Of a stretch of 32,025 nt of DNA, positions 9,251 to 18,474 are shown piece by piece (position 1 is the stretch's first letter; each line of letters starts with the position of its first letter). The notes under the pieces were generated by a model, which saw nothing but the letters and a program-made list of their open reading frames with translations, searched no databases and had not been told where the DNA came from. This DNA is from Chrysochromulina tobinii (taxonomy: Eukaryota). The DNA lies in NCBI GenBank assembly GCA_001275005.1, contig JWZX01001334.1:1-32025 (forward strand), given 5' to 3'. Made by a program: the position numbers and the translations under genes.

Positions 9251-10393
9251 ATGCAAGCCGACTTTTGTGAACGGAAGAATGGTAATCGCTATGATCTCGC
9301 ACTGCGCGTTCTTTGTGCATGCATGCTCGCAACAGCACATCAACTTTGCATGCATGCTCGCAACAGCACATCAATGAAAAGCCACATGCCTGCCACCATG
9401 CAAGCCAACGAGGCGCAGCCGTTGCACAATTTATCGTATGACCTGAGCACGTACGAGCGAGTGATCGTGGTGGCACGCCATGCGGAGAATGTCTCATGGG
9501 TCGCGGGCGTCGCAGCGAGCTGGGCGACGGGCGACGCGGGGCAGACAGGAGCCGTCGAGGCTCGAGGCCATGCAGGCGGCGAGGAGGGCGGCGAACAAGT
9601 CGGTGACACTACCGGCGACACTAGCAGAGCCGCACTCGGAGACCGTTGGAAAGGCACAACGAGAGCGACGGGGCACGCAGCGAAGCCCGCCGTCTTCGTG
9701 GTCTATGAGAAAGCCAACCCACACAGCCGCTACAACGTGCCCGTCAACCGCGGCGCTGAGGCGTCGGCGTATCTCAAGTATGTCCTCGACCACTACGACG
9801 GCCTTCCGCGCTGGAGCTTCTTTGTCCACGGCAACGAGTCGTCTTGGCATCACGACGGCAAGCTCGGCGAGCGGCTCGCGCATGCGTGGCGGCTTGCGCG
9901 AGAAACCGGCCGGCCGTATGTCGAGATCAATAATTACCGGCAACGGATTGGCCTCGACAAGGCGCGTGGACCGCTCGTTGGTGCAGGCGAGCTCGAGCGC
10001 GAAATGAGCGCCGCGCAGCTCGAGGCGTGGCGGCGTGAGTACCTCGAGCCCCACGTCGACTTTGGGCGAGCGAACGCCGACTGGGTCCGTGGCTCAACGT
10101 GCTGTGCCCAATTCTTAGTGCGGCGCGAGCAACTCATGCAGTACCCGCGACCCTTTTACGAGCGGCTGTACGCGTGGAGCATCGAGCCCGGCCACGAGGG
10201 CCCCGTGGTGGGGCGCTACCTCGAGTTTGCATGGCATGTGATTTGGGGCGACGATGAGGCGCGTCACCCCGACCGGAGCCAGCATCTGTGCGGGCGAGGG
10301 CACGCTCGACTCTGCACGAGGTTTGAGGTGGCAGCACGGCGTGAGCAGATGCTCGACGAGGACGAAGACGACGGAATGCAGGACGAGTTGTGA
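9251..10393 (+). CDS. DUF3431 family protein (glycosyltransferase-like), C-terminal QDEL
   Basis: VIVVARHAENVSW, NRGAEASAYLKYVLDHYDGLP, FFVHG..SWHH, CCAQFLV and GRYLEFAWHVIWG match DUF3431 motifs. Start uncertain (9251 or 9374). Confidence 0.8.
   Translation: MQADFCERKNGNRYDLALRVLCACMLATAHQLCMHARNSTSMKSHMPATMQANEAQPLHNLSYDLSTYERVIVVARHAENVSWVAGVAASWATGDAGQTGAVEARGHAGGEEGGEQVGDTTGDTSRAALGDRWKGTTRATGHAAKPAVFVVYEKANPHSRYNVPVNRGAEASAYLKYVLDHYDGLPRWSFFVHGNESSWHHDGKLGERLAHAWRLARETGRPYVEINNYRQRIGLDKARGPLVGAGELEREMSAAQLEAWRREYLEPHVDFGRANADWVRGSTCCAQFLVRREQLMQYPRPFYERLYAWSIEPGHEGPVVGRYLEFAWHVIWGDDEARHPDRSQHLCGRGHARLCTRFEVAARREQMLDEDEDDGMQDEL
9316..9374. repeat. 28-bp direct repeat with 31-bp period
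   Basis: tgcatgcatgctcgcaacagcacatcaa at 9316-9343 and 9347-9374. Confidence 0.95.
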
Positions 10394-10604
10394 GGGATCA
10401 GGAAAACAAATGGAAGAAGCGAGCTGTGTGCGCCAGTCCATGGCCCAGTCGCCGCGCCAAGATATGAACCACGGACTGAATTCGAATGAAACATTTCGGG
10501 CGCATGCAGGTGCTAAGTTAACAGCAGAAAACGGGAGCCGCTCGTCTCAGTCACATTACAGTCACATCACCAATACAGGCCAATCACTCCAGTCTAACTC
10601 CAGT

Positions 10605-11909
10605 CTAGACCCCTTTGCCAGCGAAACCAGACCCAGGCATAGTACCATCGAATCCTGCGCCCAAGACGCCCATCCGATCGTGCGCGATGAAGACGCCCTT
10701 GCTGACGTTGACGTCGTGAATCGTGCATAGCCTCGGACGCACCACGAGGGGCCGTCTTGACGCAAACCCGGGCGGCGCATCCTTGCACTTGTCCGCCCAA
10801 TGGATGTTGACCGCAAAGATGGCGCGAGTGTTCACGAGGTGCTTGCGCCATCCGCTATTGCGCACACACTGCTCGCGCGGCATCCAGGAGTTGGTGCACG
10901 TCACCTTGTACGCATTCTGCGGCAGCTTCCAGCGCATGCTCCCGAACGTGTGCACCTCCGCCATCGGGGCCGAGTGCAGGAGGTCAAACAGGTCTTCATG
11001 AGGACCGGGGCGCGCTGCGACCGACCACGAGCCACCAGGCGCAATTGTCGGCCGCGCGAAGATGAGATGCTCGTCCAAGTCGAGAGTGAGGGCCCACGAA
11101 AACTCCTCATGTGCAGCCCGATGCACGCAGTCGTTGTTCGCCCAATTTTGGCCACGCTGATGCATGCGTAGAGCGTTCACCCATTCCATACAGAGCAGTG
11201 TCACACGCGGGTGCACGCCTACGGCCAGCGTGCGGGCGGGTGAGCCCCCGCCGCACCTTGTCAGGTAGATGAAGGCATGCGAGACGCCACGCGCAGCGTG
11301 ATAGTCGAGCAGGTCCCAGACAGCGAATACACCCACCTCATTGTAAAGAGGGGCGACGCACAGCGCAATGCTGCCATGAAGGCTGCTCGGGCTTCTCGGG
11401 CTGTCTGCGTGTAATGCGTGAAGAGGAGCACGATAATGCTGATTTGTTACCACATGGTCCGTTGGCGCTGCCGCCGTCGGGCATATCATGACGAAAACAT
11501 TCGTCGAATAAACGCCAACGTCGTCCACGGACTGCACCCGGCACGCCAGTGAGTGGTCGATGGCTTGCGCAGCAGCGTAGACGTGCACTTCCCAAGGTGG
11601 CACGAGATGCATGCTATGCGGGGTCGTATGGACCAGTCTGGCAGCGGGAGGCCTCAAAGGGCTTTGACTCAAAGCGCCGCTGCAGACGTGCAGCTTGCAT
11701 GATGGCACTAGTGTGTGATTGCTCTGCCGACTGCGCGCTGGTGCGATGACGTAGCTCTGGCAGCGCGGCTCAGCTGAGCATAACAACTTGCAATAGTGCT
11801 CGGCGCTGCGGTTGGAAGCGGGCTTGAGGCTGCCAATGGCCACCAGGTGCTTCGGCCCGAGGCTGGGCCAATGCGGATACGTCACGAGTGGCAAGACTTC
11901 TTCGCACAT
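10605..11909 (-). CDS. GT92/DUF23-like glycosyltransferase with N-terminal PAN/apple-like Cys domain
   Basis: IALCVAPLY, LLDYHAARGVSHAFIY, QNWANNDC, WALTLDLDEHL (DxD) and KHLVN...VNIHW are GT92-like. CKLLCSAEPRCQSY...C is PAN-like. First in-frame ATG is 11909, but the frame is open to about 12068, so the 5' end is uncertain. Confidence 0.7.
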   Translation of the reverse strand: MCEEVLPLVTYPHWPSLGPKHLVAIGSLKPASNRSAEHYCKLLCSAEPRCQSYVIAPARSRQSNHTLVPSCKLHVCSGALSQSPLRPPAARLVHTTPHSMHLVPPWEVHVYAAAQAIDHSLACRVQSVDDVGVYSTNVFVMICPTAAAPTDHVVTNQHYRAPLHALHADSPRSPSSLHGSIALCVAPLYNEVGVFAVWDLLDYHAARGVSHAFIYLTRCGGGSPARTLAVGVHPRVTLLCMEWVNALRMHQRGQNWANNDCVHRAAHEEFSWALTLDLDEHLIFARPTIAPGGSWSVAARPGPHEDLFDLLHSAPMAEVHTFGSMRWKLPQNAYKVTCTNSWMPREQCVRNSGWRKHLVNTRAIFAVNIHWADKCKDAPPGFASRRPLVVRPRLCTIHDVNVSKGVFIAHDRMGVLGAGFDGTMPGSGFAGKGV

Positions 11910-12131
11910 AACAACTGTGCAATTTGTGCTTTTTCCACAGGCAAAGCTGCATGCTCGTCTCGTATGAATGCATGCAGGCAAGATGATGTAAGAAAGAAGA
12001 AAAGCGCTGCGCAAAGCGCTCGACGCAGCCCAAGTTTGATGTACCGGTAGTTTCGCCGAGATGGCCAATTAACGTGAACGTGATGTAGTTTCGTTTTGCC
12101 AGAATCGGCCGTCGAAGTCGCGCGTGTCGCC

Positions 12132-12497
12132 ATGATGAGGCTCTATGCATTCCTCCTGCTCACGCAGCTAGCCACTTGCAAGGGAGGTGGCTCGGTGCAC
12201 GACATTTTCGACGGCACATTCCAGCAGATTGTGGATCCACTTGTGAAGGGCTACATCTTCGACAACTACGGACAGTTTGCTGCCTCACAACTGACGTTTC
12301 GCAGCCTGAAGACCCATCTCGCTGCACACACTGACTACACATACGAGCAGTTGTCGGAGGACTCGCGATCTGAGATCATAGAGGAGGTTACGGATGAGAT
12401 TGCAAACAACTGCAATATGGGCGAGGTCGAGCTGGAGGAGTGCAAAAAACGTATTGGTTACCAGGTGCCTTCAAAGACGTCGCGGGATGAATTGTAA
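12132..12497 (+). CDS. Small ER-luminal protein (signal peptide + RDEL), function unknown
   Basis: MMRLYAFLLLTQLATC signal peptide; C-terminus TSRDEL; 121 aa; ATG context gccATG. Confidence 0.75.
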   Translation: MMRLYAFLLLTQLATCKGGGSVHDIFDGTFQQIVDPLVKGYIFDNYGQFAASQLTFRSLKTHLAAHTDYTYEQLSEDSRSEIIEEVTDEIANNCNMGEVELEECKKRIGYQVPSKTSRDEL

Positions 12498-12708
12498 ATA
12501 GCCGAGTAGGGTTTTGCTGGTTTCCACCAGTTAACAAAGAGCGGAGAGCGTGTGCTGCGTTGATGATCGCTCTAGTCAGTAGTCTGATGTGCTCTACACG
12601 AATTCGAGACGGGCCGCACCACCTTGGAGCCGATGTGGCGTGGAGACACGCACCAGCGGCCCCGACGCCCCACACGGCAGCCTCGCTGACGCATGCTGTC
12701 GCTTTACT

Positions 12709-14373
12709 TTACCGGGCCTTAACGTACCGAAGAAAGAACGCCGCGCACATGACGTAGAGCGCGCCGGCGATGTTGACGGCGACGTATCCGCTGCTCGAGT
12801 AGTGATCGGGGCTGGTCGTCCATCCAAAATAGGCAAGCAGCGGCGCGGCGATCAGCGGCCCGCTCGTGCTCCCGAGGAAGGCAGACACGCCCCATACCCC
12901 GAGGCCTTGCGCGGCACTCTCGAACGACTGCGCGGCCGAGCGAGAGCCGCAGGCAGAGCACAGGTCAGCGGAGCAGGGAGCACGGCGGCGCGAGCACGGG
13001 GGCGCGAGCATGGCGGCGCGAGCATGGCGGCGTGAGCATGGCGGCGGGTGGTCCATGGCACACAAACGCGAGGTGGTCCTCGCCTGCACGCGCGTGCGCG
13101 CGCGAAGAGGAGGGCGAGAAGAGGACAGCAGCGGTGGTGGGCGTACCGGCAGCGTGTCGCACGCTAGGGCATAGTCGACCGACAGGAAGACGCCGTTGCC
13201 GATGCCGTAGGCGACGCCGAGGAGATTGACGTTGCGAAGGCTTGGTGATGTGGCGTACCCTAAGTACGTGATCGCCATGAAGCCACATGCCGTCCAGACG
13301 AGCGGCTTGCGCCCGTATTTGTCCGACAGATGGCCACTCGGGATCGCGACGACGGCGGCGGCGAGCTGGCCGATCATGGCGAGGAGCGAGGTGCAGTACG
13401 TGGGATCGTCGACTCGCTGCACGTCGCGCAGCATGAAAAGCACGAACGCCTGCAGCGAGACCCCCATGTAGTAGAAGGTGCGCGTCACAAACACCCAAAA
13501 GAAGTCCGGGTGGGCCACGAGGTCTAGCGAGTACGACGCAAATAGCTCGCTCCAGCTCCACACACTCGCCTCGCGGTGCGGCTTCTCGCGTGCCACGAGG
13601 CACGTGAGGCCAATGGTCAGCACGACGGCGACGCAGTAGATGGCATACGCGTGCACCGTCGAGAGCACGAACCCAAAGAGGGCAAAGCCGGTCAGCGCGC
13701 CGAGCATACTCATCGTCGCCATCGTGCCACTGGCACGCCCTATATGCGAAGCTGGGATTAGGTCGGGCAGGAGCGCCGTCCAGCACGCGTAGCTGCGTCG
13801 GTCGCACGAGCGGTGCATAGGTCAGTCAGCGGCAGTGTGCGCGCGCGTCAGGGAGGAGTGCAGGGTGAGGAGAGGAACACAGCTTTGCCTGTGCGCACAC
13901 CTTATGTTCAGGCCGGAGATGGCTATTGTCAGCGCCGCGATGAACATGTATCGCAGTCGCAGCTCGCGCGTGGCGAGCATCGCGACGTTGCCGACGCATG
14001 CGACGACGCCACCTAGCACCATGAGCGGTCGCCTCCGACCATAGGGAGACAGTGAGCGGTCGGAGAGGTAACCCACAGCCGGCGAGAGGAGCTGGGTGAT
14101 GCCCGTGCAACCGAGCATGACGCCAAGCATCATGGCGTGTTGGTCGCGAAAGAGGTGGACCGCCTCGGAAGGCAGGACGATGACGCCGAGAGTGCAGCAC
14201 ACCAGGCTGTAGGCGAAGGCAAAGGCGTTGATCGCCATCAGGAAGCAAGTGGACGGTATGGCCTCTTGATCGTCGACATCCTCCTCGAGATCGTGATCTG
14301 ATGCTGCTCTGCAGCCCGCCTGTGCAACCGGCGCGTACAGGGCTGGCGAATGGCCGCCTTTGGCGTACGGCAT
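12709..14373 (-). CDS. MFS transporter (sugar/GPH-like), 3 exons, 445 aa
   Basis: Exons 14373-13901, 13792-13147 and 12927-12709 total 1338 nt in frame. MFS loop motifs GYLSDRSLSPYGRRRP and GHLSDKYGRKP; many hydrophobic helices. Confidence 0.85.
12928..13146 (-). other. Spliceosomal intron, 219 nt (3n, stop-free), containing a minisatellite
   Basis: ccg|GTACGC...gctgac...gccgcgcAG|tcg; removal deletes a non-MFS low-complexity insert (DTLP-SFESAAQGLG). Confidence 0.8.
12978..13047. repeat. 14-bp minisatellite x5 (gagcaYggcggcgc)
   Basis: Units start at 12978, 12992, 13006, 13020 and 13034. Confidence 0.9.
13793..13900 (-). other. Spliceosomal intron, 108 nt
   Basis: ag|GTGTGC...ctgac...cgacgcAG|c; joins ORFs 13822..14400 and 12709..13818 (GLNI-S-YACW). 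Confidence 0.85.
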
Positions 14374-14532
14374 GTGCGCTTCCCCGACTGAATCTATCAA
14401 TCACACACAGAGACACTTTCTCACGAAGCGCAACTTTTTGCGCACATGCGGATCGGATGGATGTGCAAAAACAGTCCTGCTCACGGCTGGGCGCGGAGTG
14501 AGGTTGTTCTGTCCTTTTTCTTGTCTTCGATT

Positions 14533-14577
14533 AAAAACGCCGTTTCTGTTCATGTTTTAGATGAAAAACGCCCTTTC
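14533..14577. promoter_or_regulatory. Direct repeat aaaaacgccStttc x2 in the divergent MFS/HTH intergenic region
   Basis: aaaaacgccgtttc (14533-14546) and aaaaacgccctttc (14564-14577), 13/14 identical, 31-bp period. A regulatory role is inference only. Confidence 0.35.
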
Positions 14578-14669
14578 CGTCCTCGCCAACCAATTATTCG
14601 CGTCGCCCGTTCGCTCCCAAAATTCGCACGAAAGCCCACGCACAACCCCAGCATCACCAGTCCACGCTC

Positions 14670-15642
14670 ATGCCGATCAACACGCTGGACGCCCTCGCGG
14701 ACATCGCCGCACAGACGCTGAACATCTCGCTGCCCGATTCCCCACAGGGGAAGCCCTTCCTCGACGCCGCGCAGGACCCTGCCGCGCTCCTCCGCGCGGT
14801 TCGCAAGAGCCTCAACCTCACGCAGCGCGAGTTTGGCATCCTTCTCTCGCCCAAGGCGACCTCGCCGATCTCGCCCTCCGTCATCTGCCAGCTCGAGGCG
14901 GGCCTGCAGACCGTCCCGCCGCTCGTCTACGAGCGCGCCATGGCCGTCGCCGTCGCTGCGGAGCACCTCGGCCAGCATCTCGCGGCCAAGGAGATGAACG
15001 GATGCGACGCCGTGAGCGCGCTCAAACGTCTGGGCCCGGGCTGCATCGAGCAGCTCCAGCCCTACAAGGAGGCGGCCTCGCCCAGCGACGAATTGGCCGA
15101 CCTCGTCACCGAGTACCTCTCCATCGTCACCAAGCGCCGCCACTCGACGGGGGGGCTCCCGCCCGGGCGCGCGCGGCCCGTACCGCAAGCTGTCGAAACT
15201 CTCGGCTCGCGACCTGTCGTCGGCGGCCGACAGCACTCCCTCCGCAGTCCCGGCCGAAGCCATCCCAACGCCGCCAGCTCTCATGTTCCAGCCATCGGGC
15301 GAGCTCTCAGAGACGTCCTCGTACTGCTCGACACCCAACTCCTCGGTGGGCTCGATCGTCTCCGACGTTGGCTCAGACCGCTCGCGCCCAAGCACGCCGA
15401 GCGGCGGCGCCGGCACGCCAATGGCGTGGATGAAGCGACCGGCGGATGAGGCGCTCGCCGCGGCGCGATCGCCCGAGGTCCTCGTGGCGCTCCGCCAGCT
15501 CATGGCGCAGAATGAGCTGCTGATCCAGGAGAACAAGCGCTTGCGGTCGATGATGCCGCATGCACCGCCCACGCCGCCGGCGGGTGCGACGCTGAGCAGC
15601 GCAGCTGCCTTGGCCTTCTCTTCCAGCGCGTTCGCTGTCTGA
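14670..15642 (+). CDS. XRE/Cro-C1-type HTH protein with C-terminal zipper-like coil (~323 aa); apparent +1 frameshift in the G7 run at 15149-15155
   Basis: LRAVRKSLNLTQREFGILL...ISPSVICQLEAG is HTH_3-like. Removing one G joins ORF 14670 to the frame of ORF 15283..15642 (KRRHSTGGSRPGARGPYRK...LRQLMAQNELLIQENKRLR). Span is 3n+1. Confidence 0.7.
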
Positions 15643-16623
15643 GGCGAGAAACTTGTTTCGCTGTTTGTGTAGAGCACGGTCTATTCGCGCGCAGTCCTGC
15701 AGGCATCGAGACGCACCGGGGCCCCCGCATGTCCTGGTGACTTCAGAGAGACTATTTGGCAGTGTGCATGTGGAAGAGTTGTTTTGCCGTGCAGAGATGC
15801 ATATTAGTGTTCCACTATGCCATGCGTTTATACGTAATTTGTCCTTCAGGATTCCAGTAACAGTCTTGATGGTAACAGTAAAATGTAAATTTTAGTAAAT
15901 TGCAATACGGCCTCACAGGTAACCGATCTCAGTTTTTTCCGTAAGGCGATAATGCCGGATACGATGTGCCTGACGTCCAGACCGCTGTAACTGAGACGCC
16001 CCGGGGGCTGCGCCCTGCGCGCTTACTCGGGCCACGCTAAGCCACGCTACGAGAACAGGCTCAAGAGTTTCAGGAACATGGGTCTGTAATCAATTAGTAA
16101 TCAATGACTCAAGCTGCACGTGCTGGCACAACAGAGAACACGGTCCTCGGTCGGCTGTTAAAACCACCCAGTGAGGGCAGGTTTGACGTATGATGACGGA
16201 AGCAACTAGCAAGCACGACCACGGAACTCTCGCATGTCGCAACACCAACAGACATCGCAACAGGCCAACGAGCCAACTTCCAAAGATCCAACGGCGGGCT
16301 CGTCCAAGAACTAACTTGTCGAAGCCAGGGGTCGAAGATTTGTAGGTGTACTATGTAGGCCGGCCTGTAGCGTACGAGTACGTACACGGTAGGCCCTTTG
16401 AGGACCTGTGAGGTGACGAAACGCTTGCGCGTGGCGCCGCGCCTCCCCCCACACTGTAAAGACTGAGCGATCCCAGGAGCTGGAAGGCAGCGGTCGACTG
16501 GCAACTGAACAAACCCGCGGGGCTTCCAGATGTTCTACAGATGACGGCTCTGATTGCATGTGATGATGGGCCCAACTTGCCTATTTTCAAAGAGAGCCAA
16601 GCACTCCCCTTGAAGAGGCCTCA

Positions 16624-18201
16624 ATGAAGATGACTGAACACGCGCCGCTCTCCGCCGACAGGAAAGCTCGATTGCCATCTCCACTAGCTTTGCCTGCTCG
16701 TCCGCCTCTAGCTGCTCTCTCGGCGAGTGCCAATTCCGCTCGTGGCACGCAGAAGCGTCCGGGCAGCATGGATGATGCAAAGGCGACGACACCCACGACA
16801 AGCAGTGCAGCAGCTCCAAAGACGCAAGGCAACAACACGTCCCGAGCGTCGTCTCCTCGAAGCAATCCCTCCACCGGTCGGAGCAGCGATGAAGAAGCTC
16901 CGACCGGCGGAGGCACAGCCACTCGCCGCGCACCATCGCCACGAGCAACGGCAAACCGCGCGCCTTCGCCTCGTACGCCGTCCAGCCGTGCTCCGTCACC
17001 ACGGAAGCTCGTCGGGCCCTCGAACCGTGGTACGCCACGGCGTCCTCGGACCGAGTCGGTCGATCAGGCGCAGGCACCGGCGGCCCTTGACGATGAAGCC
17101 GCAAAGCTCCATCATCAACTGATGGCCTCTGAGGAGAAGGCCGCTCGGCTGGCAGAGCGCGAGCAGGCGCTCGAGGCGAAGCTGCTAGAGATCGAGCGTG
17201 AGCGCGAGACTGAGCGGCACGAAGCGGAAACACGCTTCGAGGATATGAAAGCCTTCATGAAGGGTATCTGCGACAACCTCAAGGCTGCCAACACTGAGCT
17301 CAACGAGCGTCTGGCCGAGTTGCTTCAGGCTACGAAGTCGCCGTCGCACTGGCTGTCGATGCAGACGAAGAGTGTCCTGGGCGCACAAGAGGAGACGATC
17401 CAACGGCTGCACGCGGAGAATGCGCAGCTGCGTCTACGCCTCGCCCCGCCCCGTAAGCGCTGCCTCAAGGAAGGTCCTTCCCTCGAGACGGACGAGATGA
17501 CGCCGATATCGGCGGGTGAGGGCGGCGTGGAGGCGGACGCTTTGGGAGAGGGCGGCGAGGGGGCGGGCACGACGCGCCGCGAGTCACGATCACCCGGCGC
17601 GCGCGCGCTTGCAGAGGCGGAGAAGCAGGCTGACGTTCAGGCGGAGGCTGGCAAGGTGGCGAGGGCAAGAGCCGGTGCAGCCGCAGCGGCCGCAGCGGAG
17701 GTAGCCGCAGCGGCCGCAGCGGAGGCGTCCGCCGCTACGGGTGTATCCGAGGATGACACCGAGCCTGCAGAGAAGGCGACGGAGCGCGCCCATGCCGTGG
17801 CCGCAGCCGCGCCGCCGCCGCGCATGGTGGTGCCTCCGATGGGGCTTCCGAAGGGCATCATACCGGTAGGGATCCCACCGCTTGGCCCTGTCGTCGGAGG
17901 AGTGCCCACGCTCGATTTCAGTCGGCTTGCTCTCCCCACCGCGGCGGAGCCCAACGAGCGGCCGGATGAGGACGGCCGGAGGCCGCCCACGCCGCCCTCA
18001 GTCATCATCGAGAGGCTCGAGGCAGCACGACAGGCCGCCGCCGCCCCCGCCCCCGCCCCCGCGGAGAGCCAATCTGGTGCCACCGCCGCGGCTGTCGTGT
18101 CCGACGGCGAACCGCCGTCCGTGCAGCCAGTGGAGACCAAGCCCGAAGACCGTTCGATTGTTGCGGCGGTGGTCGACTGGTTCAAAGGCTCAGCACCGTA
18201 G
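16624..18201 (+). CDS. Low-complexity protein with central coiled coil, function unknown
   Basis: 525-aa ORF with RAPSPR repeats and a coil LAEREQALEAKLLEIERERE...LKAANTELNERLAELL. Confidence 0.65.
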   Translation: MKMTEHAPLSADRKARLPSPLALPARPPLAALSASANSARGTQKRPGSMDDAKATTPTTSSAAAPKTQGNNTSRASSPRSNPSTGRSSDEEAPTGGGTATRRAPSPRATANRAPSPRTPSSRAPSPRKLVGPSNRGTPRRPRTESVDQAQAPAALDDEAAKLHHQLMASEEKAARLAEREQALEAKLLEIERERETERHEAETRFEDMKAFMKGICDNLKAANTELNERLAELLQATKSPSHWLSMQTKSVLGAQEETIQRLHAENAQLRLRLAPPRKRCLKEGPSLETDEMTPISAGEGGVEADALGEGGEGAGTTRRESRSPGARALAEAEKQADVQAEAGKVARARAGAAAAAAAEVAAAAAAEASAATGVSEDDTEPAEKATERAHAVAAAAPPPRMVVPPMGLPKGIIPVGIPPLGPVVGGVPTLDFSRLALPTAAEPNERPDEDGRRPPTPPSVIIERLEAARQAAAAPAPAPAESQSGATAAAVVSDGEPPSVQPVETKPEDRSIVAAVVDWFKGSAP

Positions 18202-18474
18202 ACGAGAGGCCCGGGCATGCATGCTGCATGGGCGATGGGGTAGTTGACGAATATGATCAGCTCGTGACTCGTGTGTATCACGATCTCAACCATCGTGTGT
18301 GGCTGGACTACAGCGTGTGTGGGTTGATGACAGCGAGGATTTCGGGGTAACAGACATACGGACATCACATGCGAAGCTCCCTGTTCACAGGAGAAATCGT
18401 CCGTCCACGCTCTTCGGGCGCCTCCCTCGGGGCCGCGGACGTCCTACCCCTATACTCTGCACCTCCACCACCAA

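Noticed and set aside
12978..13047. Short repeats as a CRISPR array
   Set aside because: Contiguous tandem units without unique spacers, inside a eukaryotic intron; no cas genes.
14550..15677. 375-aa minus-strand ORF
   Set aside because: Antisense to the HTH gene with no recognisable motif.
16391..16440. Hammerhead-like layout (ctttgag...gaaacgc ttgc gcgt)
   Set aside because: Core CUGANGA is absent, the cleavage triplet would be GUG and stem I pairs poorly; at most a decayed relic.
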